DNA of 64,000 nt from an uncultured Pseudomonadales bacterium. GTDB lineage: Bacteria > Patescibacteriota > Microgenomatia > UBA1400 > Chazhemtobacteraceae. Numbering within the stretch: position 1 is the first letter of the stretch; each line of letters begins with the position of its first letter. Of this stretch, positions 8,856-16,565 are shown piece by piece. Below the pieces are notes generated by a model that was not told the origin of the DNA, did not search any database, and worked only from the letters and a program-made list of their open reading frames with translations. A program made the translations under genes and the position numbers. The stretch is taken from positions 15,485 through 79,484 of the forward strand of contig CAZUBK010000004.1 of the NCBI GenBank assembly GCA_964618725.1. The letters run 5' to 3'.

Positions 8856-10487
8856 TCAATACCCTCTTTCCGCCACGTACCGGGCAATCTTCACAGCCAC
8901 CGGCCCAGCCTCATAGCTTCCCTCCCCTGCCTCCTCAAGTAGTACCGTTATCAACACGCCCTGCTCGTAATCTGCCAAAGTATACTCCCCACTCTCCGTT
9001 ACCCTTGGCACCACCACCGTGATCCAGGCATGTGGCAGTGTCTTCTCCCCACCGTGCTGAGCCGTCCCCGTCTTACATATCACTGGTGGCGTAAAACCAA
9101 AGAAGGGGAAAGCGGTTCCTCCACTACTACAGGCTGCCTTCATCCCCTGCCAAACAATCTCCCGTGTTTTTTGCCTTATCCCCACCTCCTGACACCTCGT
9201 CTCCTTATCCGGAATGAGCTTCAGAGCACATAGCTTCCCACTCACCACCGCCGAGACCATCCTAGCGATCTGCGCCGGCGAGGTCAACACATCTCCCTGT
9301 CCAATTGCCATGTGATATGTATTACCCAAGAACCATCTCTCTCCTGTCCGCTTCTCTCGCTCCAGTGGCGTCGAAACTAGTCCCGCGGTCTCGGCTGGCC
9401 AAGACAGTCCCGTCTTTTGCCCCAATCCTAGTTTCTTCGACCACTCAACCAATTTATCCACTCCAACCATCTCACCCGTCTTGTAAAAAAAGATATCATT
9501 GCTCCTTCCCAATGCTTTCACTACGTTAATCGCTCCCTCAGTCCGCCCATATTGATCAAAGTACCAACTCCCATACCGGTATATCCCCACCTTTAGTTCA
9601 CCCGTGTCTTCAATTAACATTCCCTCATCTATTTTCCTTTCTTCCAACCCTGCTACCGCTGTCACCAACTTAAATATCGATCCCGGCGGGAAACCTCCTC
9701 CCATGCTTCGATTAAACATCGGTTTATCTTCTAGATCTTCCAATACCTCTACTGGACTTTTGTATCTACCCGCCGACGGCAATCCAGAAAATACATTAGG
9801 GTCAAACGTCGGCCAACTGACCAATCCCACAATCTCCCCCGTTGCCACCTTGTTTACTACGATAGCTCCTCGCACCTTCCCTTTTTCTATTTCATAGTCT
9901 CCCAGAATTCTGCCAATTGTCTTCTGTAACTCCCCATCGATAGTCAAAGTAATAGCTTTCTTGACTGCCCCTTGTTTTTTAGCAACAACTCTTTCTCTCT
10001 CACCCATTGCCGTCACCTCCACCAACTCTTCTCCGTTCTTACCTCTGATCTCCCTATCAAACAATTTCTCAATCCCCATCTTTCCCACTAGATCACCACT
10101 ATCAAAACACAAAAGACACTCTTTAATCTCCTCCTCAGTCACCACTCCCACAAATCCCACCACATGGACGCCCGCCTCTCCCAGCGGATACTCCCTCACA
10201 ACCTTTTCTCCAATCAGACTATTTCTGGCCAAAATACTCCCAAATCTATCAACAATTACTCCCCGCTCCGCGGCAATCCTTCTCACCTCTATCCGATTTC
10301 CTTCAGCCAATACCTGATTTCGTTCTCCCGTAACTACTTGCAGAAAAAAAGCCCGCGATAAAAGCCAAGCAAATATTCCGATCGGCAACACAACCAACCA
10401 ACCCATTCGTCTATTTGTGGTTTTAACCGTCATCTTCTCCCTTATCCAGAGGTTCTCCATCAGTAGACTGAAATCTTTTTTTCTCAT
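8856..10487 (-). CDS. mrdA: penicillin-binding protein 2 (peptidoglycan transpeptidase)
   Basis: 543 aa. N-terminal TM segment, SIFK (SxxK), SND, and KTGTA motifs. Confidence 0.85.
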   Translation of the reverse strand: MRKKDFSLLMENLWIREKMTVKTTNRRMGWLVVLPIGIFAWLLSRAFFLQVVTGERNQVLAEGNRIEVRRIAAERGVIVDRFGSILARNSLIGEKVVREYPLGEAGVHVVGFVGVVTEEEIKECLLCFDSGDLVGKMGIEKLFDREIRGKNGEELVEVTAMGERERVVAKKQGAVKKAITLTIDGELQKTIGRILGDYEIEKGKVRGAIVVNKVATGEIVGLVSWPTFDPNVFSGLPSAGRYKSPVEVLEDLEDKPMFNRSMGGGFPPGSIFKLVTAVAGLEERKIDEGMLIEDTGELKVGIYRYGSWYFDQYGRTEGAINVVKALGRSNDIFFYKTGEMVGVDKLVEWSKKLGLGQKTGLSWPAETAGLVSTPLEREKRTGERWFLGNTYHMAIGQGDVLTSPAQIARMVSAVVSGKLCALKLIPDKETRCQEVGIRQKTREIVWQGMKAACSSGGTAFPFFGFTPPVICKTGTAQHGGEKTLPHAWITVVVPRVTESGEYTLADYEQGVLITVLLEEAGEGSYEAGPVAVKIARYVAERGY

Positions 10488-10493
10488 ACGCCG

Positions 10494-10904
10494 CTATCTT
10501 AGTCTAATATCCCCTCCCAAATTAAGCCGACCTTGGATCCAAAAACTAAATACTGCCACCCCCCATAAAAGCAAGACTCCAATCACATCCCCACCTAGAA
10601 ATGCCTTCTGCCAAACAAGCATGCTTATCAGTAACCACCCCCACTCAAGATATACCAACCCAGTAAACTGACGTCTAATAAACCATAATCCCGCCAAGAA
10701 TACGCTGATTATCACTCCAACACTCCCCACCCACCTCATTGTCAACAAGTCTAACGTCACTCCCATCAAAAATGACCACCACAAAACTGCTACGACTTTT
10801 CTATTTGATACACTCCATACCCAGACCAGCGTCAGCGGTACTGCCATGAAACTGCTTTCCAATAACACTGCTAGTAGTCCTAAAAGCATCCAACTCCACT
10901 TCAT
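10494..10904 (-). CDS. mreD: polytopic membrane protein, probable MreD
   Basis: 136 aa, five hydrophobic segments, immediately upstream of mrdA in the same orientation. Confidence 0.45.
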   Translation of the reverse strand: MKWSWMLLGLLAVLLESSFMAVPLTLVWVWSVSNRKVVAVLWWSFLMGVTLDLLTMRWVGSVGVIISVFLAGLWFIRRQFTGLVYLEWGWLLISMLVWQKAFLGGDVIGVLLLWGVAVFSFWIQGRLNLGGDIRLR

Positions 10905-10923
10905 GCACCTATACTAATCCAAT

Positions 10924-11100
10924 CTCGAAGATCCTGCTTAGGGTCGAAGATCCTGAGCTTTAGCGAATGGGTCGCAGATCCTGCTTAGGGTCGAAGATCC
11001 TGAGCTTTAGCGAATGGGTCGAAGATCCTGAGCTTTAGCGAATGGGTCGCAGATCCTGAGCTTTAGCGAATGGGTCGCAGATCCTGAGCTTTAGCGAAGG
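10924..11100 (+). repeat. tandem array of 19/28-nt units, GTCG(A/C)AGATCCTG + CTTAGG or AGCTTTAGCGAATGG; no spacers
   Basis: Seven consecutive units, each containing GATC, filling the divergent intergenic region between mreD and mreC. The same family occurs inverted at 41062-41171, and a single unit occurs at 62074-62098. Confidence 0.9.
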
Positions 11101-11108
11101 AATAGAAT

Positions 11109-11894
11109 ATGTCCATGCCATCACGCACCGACAGCTTTCCTTTCCTTCACTTTATCACCATATTTCTTCTCAGTCTTATTCTCATCGGACTCTCGTCACA
11201 GTCCAAACTTAACTTTCTAAGTAACCCTGTCAATTACATCGCTGCCCCTCTCCGCCTTCCCCTTTTTCAACTCCGTTACAAAGTAAACTCTAATTTCAGT
11301 AGCATCAAACAGTTCTCCTATCAAGGTCGGCTCATTAAAGATCTCAAGCGCCAAAACGCCAATCTTCTCGTCGTTGGCCAAAAAGTCAAAGCTCTCGAAG
11401 CGGAAAATCTTGCTCTAAGATCAACTATTAAGTCTCCCCCCACAACCTCTGCCCCTCTACTCCCCGTTAAAATCATCAGTCTCTCCCGTTTCGCCTACAT
11501 CAACCAAGGTAGTAAAGCAGGTATCAAACCTGGCCTTCCCCTTGTTGTCGACAACACCCTGGTCGGTATCGTTACCAATGTCACCAACTACATCAGTCAG
11601 ATCCGTCTTATCACCGACAAAGATACCGACCTTCCTGCTATAACCTCCTCAGCAGTGACTGGGCAAATAAATTACCAAAATACAACTCTTCACCTTACCC
11701 AGGTCTTGCAAAAAGACAGTCTAATCCCCGAAGAACCCATCTTCACTAAAGGCAGCGAATTAATCCCCGCTGGCCTCCTCATCGGCACCATTGCCTCAAT
11801 TGAACCAAACAAGACCAACGTCTACCAGTCCGCTACCATTACTCCTACCATCACCATCCTCGATCAACAAACCGTCTTTGTCATTCTTGATTAA
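11109..11894 (+). CDS. mreC: rod shape-determining protein MreC-like
   Basis: 261 aa. N-terminal TM segment, coiled-coil (LKRQNANLLVVGQKVKALEAENLALRS), then a beta-rich domain with GLPLVVDNTLVGIV. Confidence 0.6.
   Translation: MSMPSRTDSFPFLHFITIFLLSLILIGLSSQSKLNFLSNPVNYIAAPLRLPLFQLRYKVNSNFSSIKQFSYQGRLIKDLKRQNANLLVVGQKVKALEAENLALRSTIKSPPTTSAPLLPVKIISLSRFAYINQGSKAGIKPGLPLVVDNTLVGIVTNVTNYISQIRLITDKDTDLPAITSSAVTGQINYQNTTLHLTQVLQKDSLIPEEPIFTKGSELIPAGLLIGTIASIEPNKTNVYQSATITPTITILDQQTVFVILD
11847..11882 (+). repeat. direct repeat copy 1 (mreC 3' end), duplicated at 12442-12477
   Basis: accatcaccatcctcgatcaacaaaccgtctttgtc. 35 of 36 nt are identical to copy 2. Looser similarity extends about 10 nt on each side. 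Confidence 0.8.
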
Positions 11895-11929
11895 AAAGCG
11901 GGGCCATCTGATCGAATGGCCCCGATACA

Positions 11930-12433
11930 TTACTCACTCTCCAACCAAGGCTCCAAAGCTTCCTTCACAATCATTTCAAGGATCTCATCAGAATTGAAAC
12001 CACGCGACATAGCCGCAACAGAGAGTCCTTGCGACTCTTTGGATATCGCCAAACTAAGTATCAGTTGTCTATCCCCCATAAGTACAATCCAATATCGAAT
12101 TGAGTGGTACTGCTCCCAAATCGCCACTAGGAGCGCTTTCCAACTCATGTACTCGGTGTTGCCAATGTCATAGTACCGTTCGGCAAATAGCTGGACCAAT
12201 TCACACGGCGAAGAAATGCCAAAGACGCCAGGACCATATACTCCACTATTCATTCCTGAGTCGATCTGCAAGACGAAGTTGGCGTTATCGGCAAACTTCT
12301 TCCTAAGTACCCGCTCGATCTTGGTTACCATCTCGTATGGAGATAGACTTGCTTTAAGAGTTTGATTGTACAACGTACACCTCCCTAATAATGTCAAAAG
12401 AATCTCATCTATTTTCTCATCTTCGAAACCCAT
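11930..12433 (-). CDS. hypothetical protein, about 167 aa, carried on the insert between the direct repeats
   Basis: ORF from the track. The ATG at 12433 is preferred over the TTG at 12439. Its RBS, GGTGATGGTGG, lies within repeat copy 2. Confidence 0.5.
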   Translation of the reverse strand: MGFEDEKIDEILLTLLGRCTLYNQTLKASLSPYEMVTKIERVLRKKFADNANFVLQIDSGMNSGVYGPGVFGISSPCELVQLFAERYYDIGNTEYMSWKALLVAIWEQYHSIRYWIVLMGDRQLILSLAISKESQGLSVAAMSRGFNSDEILEMIVKEALEPWLESE

Positions 12434-12441
12434 AGTCAACC

Positions 12442-12477
12442 ACCATCACCATTCTCGATCAACAAACCGTCTTTGTC
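12442..12477 (+). repeat. direct repeat copy 2; would encode an alternative mreC C-terminus
   Basis: accatcaccattctcgatcaacaaaccgtctttgtc. Read in the mreC frame it gives ...TITILDQQTVFVVLE followed by a stop. Confidence 0.8.
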
Positions 12478-12489
12478 GTTCTGGAATGA

Positions 12490-14040
12490 TCAAGATTTGT
12501 GTATCCTCGCCGCATCCCAGTCTATCAAGCGTAGCACTGTTGAATAATTCTTATCTACCAAGAATCTCGGATCATACTTGAATTTATCTGCTCTCCAGGG
12601 AATTGTATTCAAATCATAACGAAGCGCCAACATCTCATTAAGGTAATTTGTCTCAATTATCTCAATCACGAAGTTGCCGTCATGGGGATGCACATGATTG
12701 ATATTGTTTCCGTCACTATCCACATTGACTAAAGCTTTAAGTGTCTTTTGTTTCATTTTTTCCAATCGCGATCTCACACGATCAAAAACCAATCGTTCAG
12801 AAAAAGAAAGATCCCGTTCCAGCAAATCAAATTCGCGCAATGAAATACCACAGTAACGCGACACCACCCTCACCTTATCGTCAATTTTTCTCCCCCGTTC
12901 CAAGATCGGCGCAACCGGAATCCCCATCTCAGCCGCCATCCTCCATGCTTTTAAAGCATCTTTTTCTATCGAGTTTATCAAAACAACCGGCTGTTCCTTA
13001 CTCATTTTCATTACATGTAATGTGGAACCGGTTTTCTCAGTCTTTACCGCGAATCTGGACATTTCCAAAACTTTTTGAGTGGAGAAGTTCCAAAAACCGG
13101 AACGGCTAACTATTAGTCCTAAAAACTGCAATTGAGGGTGATCCAGATTCTCTACCACTCCTCTAATCGCATCTCTCGCCCTTTGACTGATCTCTTCAAC
13201 TTTTTCTCCACTGACTCCAACTTGAGTCAACCAATACTCCAGAGTTCTCACCGCCCGTTTTCCCAGATTTTCCCTTGTCTCTTCTGCCATTTTCTTCCAG
13301 CCCAACTCCATCTCTTTCCACCCCCTTGCTCCTAATCTTTTTTCCATCTGTACCACTAATGACCCATTGTCAATCACAAAGTCTCTCGCTCTCTTTGTTT
13401 TTATCTCAACACCGTCAGTTATCTCACCTTCTCGTGAGTCACGAGGCCAGTCCTGCAGTTCCAAATAGTGTTCACAACTCAGCCTCACTGATTCCCACTT
13501 AACAGCTTGCCACCCTTTAATCATTTGAAGAACTTCACCCGCTTGCCCATTTCGAGCACATTCCACCAAAATACGGGGCAGGTCCTTTTCATCAGGTACC
13601 TCTTCACCTTCGTGATTGTCCCGTAACATCCTAACCACATCTGCCGCTCTACCATGTCCAGCACAAAAACGTAAAACAAAGCTCATCCTCAACATATCCG
13701 CCCGATCCATTCCCTTCAGCCTCGACAACACCTTCTCTACGTGACCACCATCAATCAAAACCAGAAAGGTGCTATCAAACCTATTTGTGACCAACTCAGC
13801 ATCACTAACTTCTGACATTTTCTCCGCCATTGCCCCAGTTAATTCCGGAAAATTCTCAAACATCATTTTGTTTGATCCCACCCATTCGGGGAATTTCAAA
13901 CAAGCCCCCTCCGGCTCAATCAACACCTTCTTCAACTCCTCCACAACTTCCTGTCTGACCTTCTTCAGCTCCTCTACCGCCCTTTTATATTCAACTAATT
14001 TCTCTTCTTCACCCGCCCCTATGAAAGATTCCGAATCCAT
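12490..14040 (-). CDS. large hypothetical protein, 516 aa, with a C-terminal protein-kinase-like (PKL/APH-like) domain
   Basis: C-terminal HVHPHDGNFVIE (HxDxxxxN catalytic-loop-like) and LRLIDWDAA (DFG-equivalent IDWD). The N-terminal 350 aa has no recognised domain. Confidence 0.4.
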   Translation of the reverse strand: MDSESFIGAGEEEKLVEYKRAVEELKKVRQEVVEELKKVLIEPEGACLKFPEWVGSNKMMFENFPELTGAMAEKMSEVSDAELVTNRFDSTFLVLIDGGHVEKVLSRLKGMDRADMLRMSFVLRFCAGHGRAADVVRMLRDNHEGEEVPDEKDLPRILVECARNGQAGEVLQMIKGWQAVKWESVRLSCEHYLELQDWPRDSREGEITDGVEIKTKRARDFVIDNGSLVVQMEKRLGARGWKEMELGWKKMAEETRENLGKRAVRTLEYWLTQVGVSGEKVEEISQRARDAIRGVVENLDHPQLQFLGLIVSRSGFWNFSTQKVLEMSRFAVKTEKTGSTLHVMKMSKEQPVVLINSIEKDALKAWRMAAEMGIPVAPILERGRKIDDKVRVVSRYCGISLREFDLLERDLSFSERLVFDRVRSRLEKMKQKTLKALVNVDSDGNNINHVHPHDGNFVIEIIETNYLNEMLALRYDLNTIPWRADKFKYDPRFLVDKNYSTVLRLIDWDAARIHKS

Positions 14041-14053
14041 ACTCTCAAATATA

Positions 14054-14641
14054 CTATACCCATTTCAGCCCCAGACTTACTAAGGACAGTCCCAAAGCCG
14101 CCCCCACCCCCACCTGTAACCAAGTATGCTTTTTGCTTATCACTCGACTCCACAAAACCAGCAATAGCACCAACACCAACCACCAGTATTTATCCCAACC
14201 ATAGAAATAGTTAAAAAACGCTACCAGTACCCCATTCACCCCGGCATGAACCGAGATCTTCCAAAACAAAGTCACAAGTCCAAAAATAACCGCCAATGTC
14301 CAAAAAACAAACAGAATCTTAAACAGCGCCTCTCTCCCCAAAAAATAGGCCAACACCACTCCAAACAGGTGACACAGGATAGTAAAGAAATACAAACCCA
14401 ATCTCTCCTGACGCTTGGTTGTGTCCCAATCAGAGATATATCCTTTTTTCAAGTTGTACAAAAAGTACATTGCCGGAAGGATCGCATCTACCATTAACAA
14501 CAAAACCATAAATCTCCACCTAAATCCATTACTCAATACAAACCAAACAGCCGCCGAAAGAAGAAAGGGGATCTCAATTACCGGATCAAAAACTCGTGAG
14601 ACAACCATCGCCAACTTCTTCTGCATCATTCCAGTATACAA
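14054..14641 (-). CDS. polytopic membrane protein, PAP2-like phosphatase (weak)
   Basis: 195 aa. SVHAG and SRVISKKHTWLQ resemble PAP2 motifs 2 and 3 (PSGH, SRx5Hx3D with D replaced by Q). Confidence 0.35.
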   Translation of the reverse strand: MYTGMMQKKLAMVVSRVFDPVIEIPFLLSAAVWFVLSNGFRWRFMVLLLMVDAILPAMYFLYNLKKGYISDWDTTKRQERLGLYFFTILCHLFGVVLAYFLGREALFKILFVFWTLAVIFGLVTLFWKISVHAGVNGVLVAFFNYFYGWDKYWWLVLVLLLVLWSRVISKKHTWLQVGVGAALGLSLVSLGLKWV

Positions 14642-14642
14642 A

Positions 14643-15707
14643 CTATCTCAACCCTCCCGTTACCTTTACTTTCTTGAGTAGCACTTCATCCTCCAGTACC
14701 TTACTCGCCCCCCTAACCACCGCCTCCATAGGTTTTTCTGTAATCCAAACCGGCATCCCCGTCTCCTCAGAAATCAGCTTGTCTATCCCCCTAAGTAGCG
14801 ACCCTCCCCCCGCCATAATCATTCCCTTCTCCAAGATATCGCTCACCAGCTCCGGCGGCGTCTCCTCAATCACTAAGGCAATCTCGTTTAGAATCTGTCT
14901 TACGACCGGTGCCAATGCCTCCCGTAACTCTACACTGGTGATCTTCTGACTCTTGGGTAAGCCGCTTTCTAAGCTCCTTCCCCTGACCACCGTCGTCAGC
15001 GGCTTCCCCTCTTTCTCACATTTCAACGGATATGCCGACCCAACCGCAATCTTAACCTCTTCCGCCGTCGACTCACCAAGTAGTAAATTGTACTTCAGCC
15101 TAGCAAAGCTAATTACCGCCTCGGTTAGCTCATCCCCCGCTACTCTAAGACTTCTGTTTAATACCAACCCCCCCAAAGAAATGATCCCTATTTCACTTGT
15201 TCCCCCTCCGATATCGACAATCATGTGCCCCGTCGGATCCTCCACCGGCACACCTGCCCCAATTGCCGCCGCCATTGGCTCTTCAATCAAAAAGGCCCTC
15301 CTCGCCCCCGCCGCCAAAGCTGCTTCTTGAACCGCTCTCCTCTCTACCTCCGTCACCCCTGAAGGAATCCCCACCACCACCCGAGGCAAAGATAAGCCCA
15401 GACCAAATCCCCTCTGTAAACGATGTATCTCCTTAATATAATGATGTAACATCGCCTCTGCCGCGTCAAAGTCGGCGATTACTCCATCCCGAAGTGGTCG
15501 TATCACCTCAATATTCTTCGGCGTCTTACCCAACATTTTTTTTGCCTCTGTTCCAATCGCCAAAATCTCCTTACTTTTTACCTGTCTGGCCACCACCGAC
15601 GGCTCTCTCACTACTATGCCTTTTCCTTTGATACTCACTACCGTATTGGCAGTTCCCAAATCAATTCCAATATCATGAGTAAATAGATTCCAAAAACGGC
15701 TAAACAT
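14643..15707 (-). CDS. mreB: rod shape-determining protein MreB (actin homolog)
   Basis: DIGIDLGTANTVV phosphate-1 motif. The start is taken at MFSRFWNLF... The track ORF extends 23 codons further upstream. Confidence 0.85.
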   Translation of the reverse strand: MFSRFWNLFTHDIGIDLGTANTVVSIKGKGIVVREPSVVARQVKSKEILAIGTEAKKMLGKTPKNIEVIRPLRDGVIADFDAAEAMLHHYIKEIHRLQRGFGLGLSLPRVVVGIPSGVTEVERRAVQEAALAAGARRAFLIEEPMAAAIGAGVPVEDPTGHMIVDIGGGTSEIGIISLGGLVLNRSLRVAGDELTEAVISFARLKYNLLLGESTAEEVKIAVGSAYPLKCEKEGKPLTTVVRGRSLESGLPKSQKITSVELREALAPVVRQILNEIALVIEETPPELVSDILEKGMIMAGGGSLLRGIDKLISEETGMPVWITEKPMEAVVRGASKVLEDEVLLKKVKVTGGLR

Positions 15708-15789
15708 CACGGCAAGAATACCATACGCACGGCTCCACGGCACTTGCAGAGTGGTATACAATGATAGATATATCAATTAGAAAGAACCC

Positions 15790-15996
15790 ATGAGTTTTCT
15801 CATCGAAAGAGCCGCAGAAATAGGTCTCGGCATAGCCTACGCTGCTACAGCCCCCAAAAAAAAGGAAACGCCTGTTCGTCCACACAACCCCAACTTCAAT
15901 GAAGAAGCCTTCCGTGCCAAGATCACAAGCCGTACTTATCGCCAACGCCACCTAGACAACACTCGCAAGCGCATAGAAAAACTTCGCTCCCGTTAA
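15790..15996 (+). CDS. hypothetical small basic protein, 68 aa
   Basis: ORF from the track, divergent from mreB. Confidence 0.35.
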   Translation: MSFLIERAAEIGLGIAYAATAPKKKETPVRPHNPNFNEEAFRAKITSRTYRQRHLDNTRKRIEKLRSR

Positions 15997-16090
15997 ACCC
16001 ACCGTACTCATTAACCCATAACCATTGACTTGACTCGGTAGTAATGGTATATTCTCTTTATCGCAAACTAACAACCTGAAAGGACGTATC

Positions 16091-16210
16091 ATGTCCCGTT
16101 TTGTTCTCCTCGCACTCTCTATCCTGTTGGGGGGCATCCTCATTCTTGCCCTTATAGTCGTCCTAGTCCGCGAAAAAGTCTTTTACGGCCGCGGCGTCAA
16201 GGTCCATTGA
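16091..16210 (+). CDS. small membrane peptide, 39 aa (not in the ORF track)
   Basis: MSRFVLLALSILLGGILILALIVVLVREKVFYGRGVKVH. AAAGGA RBS. A GC hairpin follows. Confidence 0.35.
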   Translation: MSRFVLLALSILLGGILILALIVVLVREKVFYGRGVKVH

Positions 16211-16216
16211 ACTACT

Positions 16217-16242
16217 GGGGCTGCGGTTCACCCCGCAGCCCC
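16217..16242 (+). terminator. GC-rich hairpin (GGGGCTGCGG-ttcac-CCCGCAGCCCC), no U-tract
   Basis: 10-bp stem between the small peptide gene and gene 16263. Possible attenuator or terminator. Confidence 0.3.
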
Positions 16243-16262
16243 ACTCTCAAAAGGAGAAGAAA

Positions 16263-16517
16263 ATGCTCGCCATCTTACCTTTTTTGATCGCCATCGTCAT
16301 CCTTTTTCTCATCACAATTAGCTACGACGCCATCAAAAGTAGCTTCAATATCGGCTTCCATATCATCGCCTTCGCTTTTTTTGCCCTCGGCATTGCCATC
16401 ATCCTCGGTGAAGCCCTCACCACCGTTAATCTGCTCCGTCAAATCATTTTTGGTATCTGTTTGGGCAGCATCGGCTACTTTGCTGTCTTGCTTCATCAGT
16501 ATCGAATCAAGATCTAA
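16263..16517 (+). CDS. small membrane protein, 84 aa
   Basis: Three hydrophobic helices, GGAGAAGAAA RBS. Confidence 0.45.
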   Translation: MLAILPFLIAIVILFLITISYDAIKSSFNIGFHIIAFAFFALGIAIILGEALTTVNLLRQIIFGICLGSIGYFAVLLHQYRIKI

Positions 16518-16565
16518 TCCACCGCAAGGTGGATTACTTTTTATACCAAGCTGTAGAATATCCCC

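Noticed and set aside
10924-11100. Possible CRISPR array
   Set aside because: The units abut directly with no unique spacers. Unit length alternates between 19 and 28 nt. No cas genes were found. This is a tandem or satellite repeat.
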